From: Candidatus Calditenuaceae archaeon
Lineage (GTDB): Archaea; Thermoproteota; Nitrososphaeria_A; Caldarchaeales; Calditenuaceae
Assembly (NCBI GenBank): GCA_025059595.1
Contig: JANXDI010000015.1
Location: 25,872 to 89,871 of the forward strand
Length of the DNA stretch: 64,000 nucleotides
Reading direction: 5' to 3'
The notes beneath the pieces were generated by a model. That model was given only the letters and a program-made list of their open reading frames with translations, ran no database searches and was not told the origin of the DNA. Below, in pieces: positions 45,808 through 55,174 of this stretch. The position numbers and the translations under genes were made by a program. Positions within the stretch are counted from its first letter, which is position 1; every line of letters begins with the position of its first letter.

Positions 45808-46350
45808 TTGCACGGTAGATTTTTAATCGGTGTGACCGGCCCTCCGGGCTCAGGGAAGACGACCGCGGTTGAGCTTGCGGCCGAGATTCTCAGAAAGGAG
45901 GGGAGAGCCGTTGCGGGGATACTGACTAGGGAGGTTAGGCTCGCCGGGAAACGGATAGGGTTCGACATCATCGATATCGAGACCTCTCAGGCTGCGCCAC
46001 TCGCAAGGGAGTCAGCTGAGCTCGGGCCTCGGGTAGGGCGATACAGGGTCTATGTGGAGAACCTCGACGGATATGCTGTTGGCTTAGTTTCGAGGGCGAT
46101 TGAAAGCGGGGCCGTCGTGATCGTGGACGAGGTTGGGCCCATGGAGCTTATGAGCCCGAGGTTTCGAGACATTTTGAGGAGAGTCCTTAGTGAGGCGAGG
46201 GAGGGAATCTTAACGCTCCACTTTTTCTCAAGGGACCCACTTGTCGTGGAGATTAGGTCGGCTGTGGACAAGCTGATTACCCTCCGTCGGGGAGATGCGC
46301 GCAGGGCCGCTGATGAAGTCGCTAGGCTTCTCCTCAGAGGTGAGCGTTGA
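45808..46350 (+). CDS. nucleoside-triphosphatase THEP1-like (P-loop NTPase)
   Basis: 180 aa with Walker A GVTGPPGSGKTT and THEP1-like length and layout (IGFDIIDIE, VIVDEVGPMEL). The start is TTG. Confidence 0.8.
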   Translation: MHGRFLIGVTGPPGSGKTTAVELAAEILRKEGRAVAGILTREVRLAGKRIGFDIIDIETSQAAPLARESAELGPRVGRYRVYVENLDGYAVGLVSRAIESGAVVIVDEVGPMELMSPRFRDILRRVLSEAREGILTLHFFSRDPLVVEIRSAVDKLITLRRGDARRAADEVARLLLRGER

Positions 46351-46354
46351 GTCC

Positions 46355-47542
46355 GTGGCTGCATTTTTTCCGCTCCCCTTCTCGACCAAGATTGTCAGAG
46401 AGGGCTTAGCTGAGCTGGTAGTTCCTGAGACAGGCGAGACGCAAGCCACTACTAGGCTGCCGGCCTTTTACAACCCACTTTCGAAGCCCTCCCGAGACCT
46501 AGCGGTCATCGTAACGGGAGCCTACTTCTCGGGGAGGGGCTGTAAGTTGGCCGCTGAGCCTCTCGCCGGGACGGGGGCCCGTATAATCAGGCTGCTTTTG
46601 GAGACCGGTGTCGTCTCGGAGGGCGTGGCTGGCGATATCTCAAAGTGGGCCGTAAGGATGGCTGAGATTAACGCTGAGAGGAACGGTCTATCCGGGAGGC
46701 TGAGGGTTGAACACATGGATGCCAATCTGCTTCTCTCCAAACTTGCTGTTACCGGTAGGGCCGAGTATGTGGATATAGACCCGTTCGGCTCGCCGGTCAG
46801 GTTTCTCGAAAATGGTTTCAGGGCCACAGAGAGGAGGGGGTTGATTGGAATCTCCGCAACCGACCTCGCAGCTCTGTCGGGCTCTTCGAGGAGGACAGCC
46901 CTATGGAAATATGGCCTAACGCTCTTCAAGACGAATTTCTTCAAGGAGACTGCAATTAGAGCCCTCGCGGGGGTCGCCGTTTCAACGGCCTCCCGGCTTA
47001 GCTTAGGAGCCGAGCCAGTCCTCGCACTCGCCTACAGGCACTTCATCAGAATATTCCTAAAGGTGGACAGGGGAAAAAGCAGGGCTTACCAAAAGAGAAC
47101 ACAGGTGAGATACCTGAAACACTGTAAAGAGTGCCTCAATACCTCTGTGTTAAACGACCTTACCGAATGGGAAGAGAGATGCAGTGTTTGCGCGAGCCCT
47201 AACGCCTTGCTCGGCCCTCTTTGGACGGGGAGACTAGCGGATGAGGGCCTCATCGAGAAAATACTTAGCTCAGGGTTCAGCTCAGACCCGACTTATAGCG
47301 AGGTGTTGAGGGTTGTGGGGCGGTTGGCCGAAGAGATTGAAGACGTCCCATGGTCATTTCAGCTTTCGGAGGTCTCGAGGCGGGCTAAGACCTCACCTCC
47401 CAAGACTCGACACGTCATAGAGAGGTTGAAAGAGGCGGGATACCGCGCCTCAATCACACACTTCGACGCAACCAGCATAAAGACAGACGCACCAGCAGAT
47501 GTCCTGACTAAGATTGTGGGCGAGCTCGCCCAAAAAGGTTGA
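46355..47542 (+). CDS. trm1: tRNA (guanine(26)-N2)-dimethyltransferase Trm1
   Basis: It aligns with archaeal Trm1 (FYNP motif, DIDPFGSP SAM/catalytic motif, and the C-terminal Cys cluster CKEC...CSVCAS). The listed ORF starts at 46295 and overlaps THEP1. The GTG at 46355 immediately follows the THEP1 stop and matches the family N-terminus (..KIVREGLAELVVPE). The start is uncertain. Confidence 0.8.
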   Translation: MAAFFPLPFSTKIVREGLAELVVPETGETQATTRLPAFYNPLSKPSRDLAVIVTGAYFSGRGCKLAAEPLAGTGARIIRLLLETGVVSEGVAGDISKWAVRMAEINAERNGLSGRLRVEHMDANLLLSKLAVTGRAEYVDIDPFGSPVRFLENGFRATERRGLIGISATDLAALSGSSRRTALWKYGLTLFKTNFFKETAIRALAGVAVSTASRLSLGAEPVLALAYRHFIRIFLKVDRGKSRAYQKRTQVRYLKHCKECLNTSVLNDLTEWEERCSVCASPNALLGPLWTGRLADEGLIEKILSSGFSSDPTYSEVLRVVGRLAEEIEDVPWSFQLSEVSRRAKTSPPKTRHVIERLKEAGYRASITHFDATSIKTDAPADVLTKIVGELAQKG

Positions 47543-47569
47543 AATACGCACCCTCGATTTCCACAGGAT

Positions 47570-47920
47570 ATGGATGTCTGGTTTAAGGGGGTGTGGGATG
47601 AGCTCTTCCCCGGTGTCTATCGACGAATACTCGCACACGACTCGAACCTCATGCTGATGCTGGTCAGGATTGCGCCGGGAGCCGTTGTCCCCCAGCACAG
47701 TCACTTTCATCTTCAGGCGGGAGTGGTCTTGAGGGGCTCGCTGCTCTTCAGAACTGAGAGGGGTGAAGTTACTTTGAGGGAGGGTGATTCGTACCTCATA
47801 CATCCTTGGGAGCCTCACGAGGTTTTGAATATGGGGGAAGAGGCTATCGCCCTAGACGTTTTCACTCCTGCGAGGGATGATTATGCCAAGGCTGCTAAGA
47901 GGCCAGACATGTCTGTATAG
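47570..47920 (+). CDS. cupin-2 domain protein
   Basis: 116 aa with cupin motifs (PQHSHFHLQAGVVLRG and HPWEPHEV). Confidence 0.7.
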   Translation: MDVWFKGVWDELFPGVYRRILAHDSNLMLMLVRIAPGAVVPQHSHFHLQAGVVLRGSLLFRTERGEVTLREGDSYLIHPWEPHEVLNMGEEAIALDVFTPARDDYAKAAKRPDMSV

Positions 47921-47927
47921 GGGCCAG

Positions 47928-48566
47928 TTACCGCTGCCTCTGCCTCAGCTGCTCTCTCACGTACAGGCGGCCAAGATAGAAAGACACGAAGAGGATGGCC
48001 GCGGCCACCCCTATTCTAAGAGGGTCTGGCACGAATCTAGATGGAGTCACTAGAAGTGAGAGGGCCGCTAGGGTTGGCGGTAATAGTATCAAGAGCGCTA
48101 TGAAGAAGATTGTCTCCACGAAGCCTCTGTCCGAGAGGAGGCGGGCGAGAGAGTTAGGCCAACTGTCCTTCACAGGCATCTCCATGATGGCCGCGCCACC
48201 CAACCCATAAACCTTAGTAGCTATTTCTCTGAAGAGTAGCGCGTCACTTGCCGCAAACCCATCTTCCCTCAACACACCTCGAATCACCCCATCCTTCACA
48301 ATCCTTATCTCAGGCGGAGAGGCGAAGAGGTCGAAGCCCCGAAGCTTGGCGACAAGTGAAGCCGACCTCACTACATTTTCATTTATCTTCAATTTCAGCT
48401 TCTCGTCAAAGTATCCGAGAAGCACAGGGTCTACTGAAACAACCCTGTTAATCGTTAGACCGCCATCCCTAAAAACAGGGAAAGAGGCCTGAATGTAGGC
48501 CAGGTCCTTACCTTCCTTGACACGTTGAAGGACCCAGTCAAGCGCCCTCTGAAACGTCTCGGACAA
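47928..48566 (-). CDS. hypothetical protein with a soluble N-domain and two C-terminal TM helices
   Basis: 212 aa with no recognisable motif. It is transcribed immediately downstream of the HTH-RibK gene. Confidence 0.45.
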   Translation of the reverse strand: MSETFQRALDWVLQRVKEGKDLAYIQASFPVFRDGGLTINRVVSVDPVLLGYFDEKLKLKINENVVRSASLVAKLRGFDLFASPPEIRIVKDGVIRGVLREDGFAASDALLFREIATKVYGLGGAAIMEMPVKDSWPNSLARLLSDRGFVETIFFIALLILLPPTLAALSLLVTPSRFVPDPLRIGVAAAILFVSFYLGRLYVREQLRQRQR

Positions 48567-48575
48567 GGCGCGAAA

Positions 48576-49319
48576 TCACGCTTTAGGCACGATTTGACCC
48601 TTATCCTGCTGAGCGATCTGTCCGCCCCCAAATATGTTGGCTGTTGGGAGGCTGACCGAGACCTTGACCTTATCACCGTCTGAGAGGCCGTACTTCCCTC
48701 GAAGGTAGACTGGTGAGATAATTTCAATAACATTGTCGCTGTAGTGTGTTCTCTCGATGTATAGGATGGCGCATAGGTCGGAGTTGTTGAAGGAGGCGAG
48801 AATCGCACGAGCACCTCCGTATGTCCGGTTCTTGTCCCTGAATCCTTCAATCACTATGTCGGCGTATTTGCTGACTAGCCTTCTATTCTGTATAGAGTCC
48901 CAAGACAGTAGGTTAATGTTGAGCGTCCCTGGGTAAGGGTCAAAGCCAAGCTTCTTCCTAATCTGCTCCCTGTACCATTGCAGAGAAATGTAGTAGGCTC
49001 CTTCACCCATGCCGCTAAAGACTCTACCCTCTAGAGCCACCTCGACCGGCCTCTCGATTATCCTCTTCAACTCCGTGTAGAGCTCTGAGAGGTCGTTAAG
49101 CGCCTTCTCAGTCAACCTCACGTAACACATGCGTCCTACCATACGCCTCTCAATAAACCCCTCCTTCTCCATCTTTATCATGATGCGGGAGGCTGACTGC
49201 TGCGAAGTGTTTAAGAATTTAGCAAGTGCGGGAGTTGTAACTTGAACACCATTACTGAAGCCATTCCTCTCATAAAGATATAACAGGAGACGGAGCTGCA
49301 TCCTGTTAAGATTCATCAA
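48576..49319 (-). CDS. ribK: winged-helix DNA-binding domain fused to an archaeal CTP-dependent riboflavin kinase
   Basis: 247 aa. An N-terminal wHTH (LAKFLNTSQQSASRIMIKMEKEGFIER) is followed by the MJ0056-type RibK core (GRVFSGMGEGAYYISLQWYREQIRKKLGFDPYPGTLNI). Confidence 0.75.
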   Translation of the reverse strand: MMNLNRMQLRLLLYLYERNGFSNGVQVTTPALAKFLNTSQQSASRIMIKMEKEGFIERRMVGRMCYVRLTEKALNDLSELYTELKRIIERPVEVALEGRVFSGMGEGAYYISLQWYREQIRKKLGFDPYPGTLNINLLSWDSIQNRRLVSKYADIVIEGFRDKNRTYGGARAILASFNNSDLCAILYIERTHYSDNVIEIISPVYLRGKYGLSDGDKVKVSVSLPTANIFGGGQIAQQDKGQIVPKA

Positions 49320-49392
49320 ATATTACGGCGTTATACCACCTCATTAATCTATTCCTAACTTAAGAAGCCAAACACCCCACGAGACGGGAGGG

Positions 49393-50001
49393 TCAGAACT
49401 GAATCGTCTCCATCCTGATAACGCCGGACCTTCCGATAACCATGATGTCTATTCCGTTACCGCTCGCCGCGTCCCTAGTGGCTCCGGCCTTAACCGCCTT
49501 GATGGCCAGCTCGCTAATCTCCTCGAAGGAGGCCCCTGGCTTGAACCATGTCTCCAGCACACCGGCGGCTATCTCGGCCCCGCTTCCCACCGCCGTGAAA
49601 TCATCCTCTATGATTGAGCCGAGTGGGTCTAGGACGTAGATGTGGGGGCCGGTTGAGTCGACTCCGCCGACTATCGTCTCGGTGAAGTAGGGGAAGAGTC
49701 GGTTTCCGAAGAGGTAGTTAGAGAGGACTTTCGCGACTGTGTTGACGCTTGGAAGCCTTCCGTGATCGAGCATGTAGAGGTTTATGAGGGCTTTCGCCTC
49801 TCTTATGAGCCCCTGCATGTCAGAGACAAGTCCGGCGCAGGCGGCGCCTGAGTTCTTGGTGAGCTGAAAAACTTTCTGAGCATTTTTCGAGACGACGAAG
49901 TTTCCGTATGAGAGCCTCTTCTCGGAGGCTAAGACGACACCCTCGGCCCCTTTAATCCCAACAGTGGTCGCCCCGGGAATAATGTAGTAGCCCTGCTGCA
50001 C
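49393..50001 (-). CDS. psmB: proteasome subunit beta (with propeptide)
   Basis: 202 aa. A propeptide is followed by the mature N-terminus TTVGIKGAEGVVLASEKR (Thr1 nucleophile) within an Ntn-hydrolase fold. Confidence 0.9.
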   Translation of the reverse strand: MQQGYYIIPGATTVGIKGAEGVVLASEKRLSYGNFVVSKNAQKVFQLTKNSGAACAGLVSDMQGLIREAKALINLYMLDHGRLPSVNTVAKVLSNYLFGNRLFPYFTETIVGGVDSTGPHIYVLDPLGSIIEDDFTAVGSGAEIAAGVLETWFKPGASFEEISELAIKAVKAGATRDAASGNGIDIMVIGRSGVIRMETIQF

Positions 50002-50107
50002 GGAGATTCAAAGTCTGCCCAACTTTTTAACCATTCCCCAGGACGACTCGACACAACTGGACTCCGTGGAGCCACATTTATTTACCGCGGCTCCAAAAAC
50101 CATATGG

Positions 50108-50596
50108 ATGTCTCAGCAGGAGTTAAGGCTAATCGTCCGTCTGCTCAACGTCGACTTAGATGGGGGAAAGAAGCTACCCTACGCCTTAGCCGGGATTAAA
50201 GGCGTTGGAATACCTTTTGGATATGCTGTTGCGCGGGCTTTGAACATCGACCCAGATATTAGGCTTGGGCAGCTGACCGACCAGCAGCTGGCCGCGATAG
50301 AGGATGTGATAAAGAACCCGGGAAAACACGGTATCCCGTCTTGGATGTATAACAGGAGGCGAGACCCCGTGACAGGTCGAGACCTCCATCTCACCGGAGC
50401 AGACCTCGACCTTGCGATTAAGGAGGATATTCAGAGGGAGATGAGGATTAAGTCTTGGAGGGGTGTGCGTCACGCACTTGGACTCAAGGTTAGGGGGCAG
50501 AGGACGAGGACCACGGGTAGGAAGACCGGCCCTGTGGGTGTTGTGAGGAGGGCCGCTGAGGCGGCTGCGAAGGAGAAGGAGGCTTCTAAGAAGTAG
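50108..50596 (+). CDS. rps13: 30S ribosomal protein S13 (uS13)
   Basis: MSQQELRLIVRLLNVDLDGGKKLPYALAGIKGVGIPFGYAVARALNID is the uS13 signature. An A/T box (catttattta) lies about 22 bp upstream of the ATG at 50108. The listed ORF start at 50066 is a GTG inside that promoter. Confidence 0.9.
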   Translation: MSQQELRLIVRLLNVDLDGGKKLPYALAGIKGVGIPFGYAVARALNIDPDIRLGQLTDQQLAAIEDVIKNPGKHGIPSWMYNRRRDPVTGRDLHLTGADLDLAIKEDIQREMRIKSWRGVRHALGLKVRGQRTRTTGRKTGPVGVVRRAAEAAAKEKEASKK

Positions 50597-50598
50597 CT

Positions 50599-51723
50599 CT
50601 ATCTCTTCTCAAACGTATTTCTCGCGAGCGAGGCGCCCTCCACGAGACTCTTCTCCTTCTTGAAGGCGACCTCCCACCTCCTTGTCCTGAGACCGCAGTC
50701 GTTGCAGGCTATGACTAGCGAAGGGTCGTCGAGCAGTTTTGCAGAATAGAGTAGCCTATCCTTCACGAGCTCAGGTGGCTCTATAAAATCGGTGTGCACG
50801 TCAATCACGCCGGGCGCGACAGCGAAGCCCTGTGAGTGCTCTTTGAAGAGTTTGAGAATCTCATAGCCCCTCCTTTCACCCGGCCCTTGACCTGGTTTCA
50901 CAGTATCCCTGTTTGCGCACTCAATGGAGAGTTCGTGTGTCTTGGCCTCGAGAATGTGGGGGAAGAGCAGGTTGTAGTCGCTGTAGCAGATATGTATTGT
51001 GAATCGGGCGTTCACACCTTTTACAAGCTCGTTGAATGCCTCTACAAAGAGACCGACCTCCTCGGGTTTGGTTGTCGCCGCAGGCTCATCGATCTGAATC
51101 CTATCAGCACCTCTCTCGACGAGGGATAGAACTGCCGGCCTAACAACCTCTCGCGCAAAATCGAAGACCATCTCCCTCTTTGCCTCCCTCTTTCTATTGA
51201 CAAGCCCCCGTGATGCGTCTGCTCTCGCGATGTAGTATTCATCGAAGCTCCATTCTGCGAGCGTGTAGGGGCCGGTGAGGGGAATTTTAATCTGCTTACG
51301 CGCGTGCCTCTTGACAAAGAGGAATTCGGGGACGTAGCTGTTTTCGGCAAGGCTTGGCTTAGACTTTATGGCGGCCTTATTGTATGTCTCCGCATCCCAT
51401 ACCTTTACTTTGCCGAGGAACTCTACACCTCTCACCTGTCTCAGAGCATGCTCATACATCTCAATTCTCCTCTGCTCGCCGTCGTAAACTACGTCGAGAC
51501 CAGCGGTCTCGTGAAGACGGATTCCGTAGAGAGAGGCCCAATCCCTCAGCTCCTCAGACGAGCACTCGCCACGCCTCAGCCTCTGAACAAACTCCTCGAA
51601 CTCCACCACGCCGAGCATCCTCCCCCAATACCACGCCTCCGAGACAGCCTTCTCATCGAGCCTCTTCCTCAGAAAGGGAGCCCTCATGAGGCTCCCAACC
51701 TCCTGCGTAGGGAAGAGACTCAT
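50599..51723 (-). CDS. metE: cobalamin-independent methionine synthase, C-terminal catalytic-domain-like (MetE family, Zn-binding)
   Basis: 374 aa with IQIDEPA, the His-x-Cys motif (HICYS) and a distal Cys (CNDCGL), which are zinc ligands of the MetE/UROD fold. Confidence 0.7.
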   Translation of the reverse strand: MSLFPTQEVGSLMRAPFLRKRLDEKAVSEAWYWGRMLGVVEFEEFVQRLRRGECSSEELRDWASLYGIRLHETAGLDVVYDGEQRRIEMYEHALRQVRGVEFLGKVKVWDAETYNKAAIKSKPSLAENSYVPEFLFVKRHARKQIKIPLTGPYTLAEWSFDEYYIARADASRGLVNRKREAKREMVFDFAREVVRPAVLSLVERGADRIQIDEPAATTKPEEVGLFVEAFNELVKGVNARFTIHICYSDYNLLFPHILEAKTHELSIECANRDTVKPGQGPGERRGYEILKLFKEHSQGFAVAPGVIDVHTDFIEPPELVKDRLLYSAKLLDDPSLVIACNDCGLRTRRWEVAFKKEKSLVEGASLARNTFEKR

Positions 51724-52685
51724 GATGCTTCACCCCGCAATGCCTGAAATGCGGCTGCGAGCCTCTCAACCTTTTTGTCTGCAACGCGTCTCGGCAAATA
51801 TTCGAGATCAGCGTTAGTGGTCATGTGGTAGGATTTGGCCTCAATCCGCGCGGCGGTGCTGGTCAACGCGGCCCTTATCTCTTCTACGCTCTCGACGTAG
51901 CTGTTTCTAGCGTCCATGCATCCTAGGGCAAGAGACCCGCTAAAAGAGAAGCCCTCAATTCCCTTGAGCTCGGTGGTGAAGAGGTCGACACCGACCACAT
52001 CCACATCCGCGTCAAGTATCCATGGAAATGCGGTAGAGGCGTCGTAAAAGAAGATATGAACCATGAGAATGCCTTTAAACCCCTTCTTAACCACTTTTAG
52101 GGCTTCCTTAATGGTCTCCACCTCGTCCGGGCTGAGTCTCTTCTCTGCGAGGGATGGTGCGCTCAGCTGGAGCATGGTGGGGGTAGAGTCGCCGAGAGAC
52201 TTTAAGTCTTCTGCCACTATCTCCGCAAAGTCGAGTACTAAGTCATCCCATTTGCTATAGGATTGGTTTTGCGAGAGGCGGTAGAATGTGTAGGGCTCAG
52301 GGAGTATCAACTTCCAGTTTAACCCCCTCACTAAATCTGTAAAGACGTATTTGTCGAGAATGCTTGAAGTCCTCAATAAATTTGCGCTAATTATGGGTCT
52401 TCTGAAGAAGAGGTTGTTGTCAAACCAGCGGGATAGGGGCCCCGGTGTCGCGCCTTCGAGGAGCTCAGCGAATGGTCGGAGCAGGTCGTGCCAAAGGAGC
52501 TGACCCTCGACCGGAAATGTAATGCCGAGCCTTCTCTGCATCTCGATGAGGGCTGAAGCCTCTCTTCTTGCCAGGGCGACGACATTCTCTTTCGACTCCC
52601 TCCCCTCAGCCAGCCTCCTGAAAGCTCCAATCAACTCCTCAGACCTCGGCATCACACCACCAACATGACAAGCCTCCAGACGCAA
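51720..52685 (-). CDS. MetE N-terminal-domain-like protein (UROD/MetE fold, no zinc ligands)
   Basis: 321 aa with a MetE-like TIM barrel lacking His/Cys zinc ligands. It overlaps the downstream MetE-C gene by 4 bp, the arrangement seen in archaeal split metE loci. Confidence 0.6.
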   Translation of the reverse strand: MRLEACHVGGVMPRSEELIGAFRRLAEGRESKENVVALARREASALIEMQRRLGITFPVEGQLLWHDLLRPFAELLEGATPGPLSRWFDNNLFFRRPIISANLLRTSSILDKYVFTDLVRGLNWKLILPEPYTFYRLSQNQSYSKWDDLVLDFAEIVAEDLKSLGDSTPTMLQLSAPSLAEKRLSPDEVETIKEALKVVKKGFKGILMVHIFFYDASTAFPWILDADVDVVGVDLFTTELKGIEGFSFSGSLALGCMDARNSYVESVEEIRAALTSTAARIEAKSYHMTTNADLEYLPRRVADKKVERLAAAFQALRGEAS

Positions 52686-52777
52686 CGCAAAATTAAACTA
52701 ACCAGAGCCGTTATAAAGACATCGCAGGATAAGTAATCCTCTTATCTCAGTCAGCCAACGATAGATGGTGCCGAGTC

Positions 52778-54238
52778 ATGCTTAGTGTTAAAAGAGACGT
52801 TGAAGCTTTTTATGCGAAGTGTAAGGAGGCGGCAGATTGTATTCGGGACGAAGTGGGTAGGGGGCTCGAGGTTTCCGTCACTGGTCACAACGATGCGGAT
52901 GGCCTCTCCTCGCTTGGCATCGTGGCTGGTGGCCTTCTTGACCTTGGAGCAAAATTCATCGCGAGAAGCGTCTTTAGGAGAGAGGAGTTCTTCGAGACGG
53001 CGGGCGAACATAGCGGCAAATTAATCATCTTGACAGACATGGGTGGGGGAAGCATAGGCGAGTTGATGGATGTCTTCAACGGAGAGAGGCTGGTTATCAT
53101 CGACCATCACCAGCCTGACCGGACAGAGATACCTGAAGGCTGGGTTCACGTCAACCCACATCTTCTCGGGATTGACGGGGAGTCTGAGGTTAGCGCTGCG
53201 GGAGTGGCGTATCTTGTAATGCGAAATATCGTGGCCGACGCCGAGAGATACGCGCCGCTCGCGGTTGTAGGGGGGCTCGGAGACCTCCAAGACAAGGGCG
53301 AGAAGAGGAGACTAGTCGGCCTTAACGAAAGTATAGTTGCCGACGCAGTGAATGGGATGCAACTCAGGGTTTTCGAGGACTTCATTCTCCACGGAAGGGG
53401 TAGTAGGCCAATACATCAAGCCCTAGCGGGCAGCCAGAGCCCGTACCTCCCAGGCCTAAGCGGAGACGAGGCGGCATGCCTGTCACTTCTCGTGGATGTG
53501 GGGATTGAAGTGCGTGCCGGAGACAAGTGGAGAACATTAGCCGACTTAGCGGAGGAGGAAAAGAGAACACTCTACAACGCTATCGTCTCCCACCTTGCCA
53601 AGAGCAACCAGCCCACGGAGATGGCGAGAGATTTGATTGGAACGGTTTATGAGTTAGTGAATGAGGATGCTTCGTCTGGACTCAGGGATGCGAGAGAGTA
53701 TTCCCAAATTCTGAATGCTTGCGGCAAAACAAACAACTCTTGGCTTGGAGTCTCCCTAGCCATGGGGTATAGGGGGTGGGTATTGAAGGAGGCTTGGCGC
53801 GTAATGGAGCAATACAGAGTGACACTGAAAAAAGGACTTGAGTCCGCCTCAAAAAACCTCGAGCAGATGTACAACATAGTGGTTCTCCGCGTGGGGCCAG
53901 ATATCGACATCCGGCATGTAAGCTCAGTCGCCTCAATTCTATCATCATCAAAAATAGTTCCCGATGATAAGCCGCTTGTAGTCTTGGGCCAAGAGGGGGG
54001 AATAGTCAAGGTCTCAGCCCGCGCCTCGCCCAGCCTAGTCGCAAGAGGTTTGAACCTAGGCACAGTGATGAGGGAGGCGGCAGCGAAATTCTCGGGCCGC
54101 GGGGGAGGCCACAGAATAGCCGCCGGCGCCGAAATACCTGCAGAGAGACTTACACTCTTTCTACTTGAGGCCGACAGACTAGTTGGAGAGGCTATAACCA
54201 AAGCAAAGACCCAAGTACCCCTCGGTGGGGACGCATGA
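52778..54238 (+). CDS. DHH-family phosphoesterase, archaeal RecJ/Cdc45-like (GAN-type) nuclease
   Basis: 486 aa with the DHH motif (VIIDHHQPD), Asp-rich metal-binding motifs (HNDADGLSS, TDMGGG) and a DHHA1-like C-domain (GGGHRIAAGA). Confidence 0.75.
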   Translation: MLSVKRDVEAFYAKCKEAADCIRDEVGRGLEVSVTGHNDADGLSSLGIVAGGLLDLGAKFIARSVFRREEFFETAGEHSGKLIILTDMGGGSIGELMDVFNGERLVIIDHHQPDRTEIPEGWVHVNPHLLGIDGESEVSAAGVAYLVMRNIVADAERYAPLAVVGGLGDLQDKGEKRRLVGLNESIVADAVNGMQLRVFEDFILHGRGSRPIHQALAGSQSPYLPGLSGDEAACLSLLVDVGIEVRAGDKWRTLADLAEEEKRTLYNAIVSHLAKSNQPTEMARDLIGTVYELVNEDASSGLRDAREYSQILNACGKTNNSWLGVSLAMGYRGWVLKEAWRVMEQYRVTLKKGLESASKNLEQMYNIVVLRVGPDIDIRHVSSVASILSSSKIVPDDKPLVVLGQEGGIVKVSARASPSLVARGLNLGTVMREAAAKFSGRGGGHRIAAGAEIPAERLTLFLLEADRLVGEAITKAKTQVPLGGDA

Positions 54239-54510
54239 AGCACGAAGCCGTTCTTCGAATAAAGTTCTGCAGCCCAGCCGAGGCAGAACTCGCGAACCAC
54301 TCACTAGAACCCGATAATAAACCTCTACCCTCATATCTTAGGCTCGACGTGGAGCGGACGCAGGAGGAGCTCGTCTACAGGGTCTCCTGCATCGATAGGC
54401 CCATCCAGACCCTTCTCTCAACACTCGACGACATTATTCGGGCGCTCATACTAGTTGAGCCGATAGTCTGCGTCAAGCTTGGTGAGGAGAGGACTGAAAG
54501 GCAGGATTAG
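54235..54510 (+). CDS. small protein, possibly KEOPS subunit Pcc1
   Basis: 91 aa with an alternating hydrophobic beta/alpha pattern of Pcc1 size. It overlaps the DHH gene by 4 bp. The assignment is tentative. Confidence 0.4.
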   Translation: MKHEAVLRIKFCSPAEAELANHSLEPDNKPLPSYLRLDVERTQEELVYRVSCIDRPIQTLLSTLDDIIRALILVEPIVCVKLGEERTERQD

Positions 54511-54551
54511 GAGGACCAGCGTTAGCCTTAAAATGTTGTTAGGGGTGAAGG

Positions 54552-55172
54552 ATGTTGAAAGGGATGTCGTCGAAAAAACCTGCTGCGAAGGGCGTCAAGT
54601 CTGAATACATCATCAAGGCGCCACCATACTTTGCTGAGAGAATAATCGGCGTAACTTTCAGCGACAACCCATCTAAGCTCCTTAATAGAACGTTAACAGT
54701 CAGCCTATATGCGCTGACCGACGACCCTACAAAACAATACATACTGGTTAAGTTTCAGGTGGTGAATGTTGAGGGGAATGTCGCAAAGACAATTTATTAT
54801 GGACACGAATACGACAGAGAGTTTCTCAGAAGCCTTGTCAGACGTGGAACAAGCAAGATAGACGGATACTACAACGTCGAGACGATGGACGGTTATAGAT
54901 TGAGGCTCCAGTGCACGGTTTTCACCCATAACAGGGCGAGGTCAGGGAAAAGAGCCTCAATTTACCATATAATGAAGGAGATCGTAGAGTCGTCTGCTAA
55001 GAAGCTCGAGCTTGGTCAGTTGGCGCAAGAGGTTGTAGTTGGTAAGACGGCCTCCGACATTTACAACGCCGTAAAGAGGATATTGATTCCGCGCCACGTT
55101 GGTGTTGTAAAGTCTAAGGTCCTAGCGAAGCCCCTGACGACATTAACGGAGGAGAGGCCGGCCGCACAGTAG
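54552..55172 (+). CDS. rps3ae: 30S ribosomal protein S3Ae (eS1)
   Basis: SSKKPAAKGVKSEYIIKAPPYFAERIIGVTFSDNPSKLLNRTLTVSLYAL is the eS1 signature. The start may be the ATG at 54564 (MSSKK). Confidence 0.85.
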   Translation: MLKGMSSKKPAAKGVKSEYIIKAPPYFAERIIGVTFSDNPSKLLNRTLTVSLYALTDDPTKQYILVKFQVVNVEGNVAKTIYYGHEYDREFLRSLVRRGTSKIDGYYNVETMDGYRLRLQCTVFTHNRARSGKRASIYHIMKEIVESSAKKLELGQLAQEVVVGKTASDIYNAVKRILIPRHVGVVKSKVLAKPLTTLTEERPAAQ

Positions 55173-55174
55173 CA

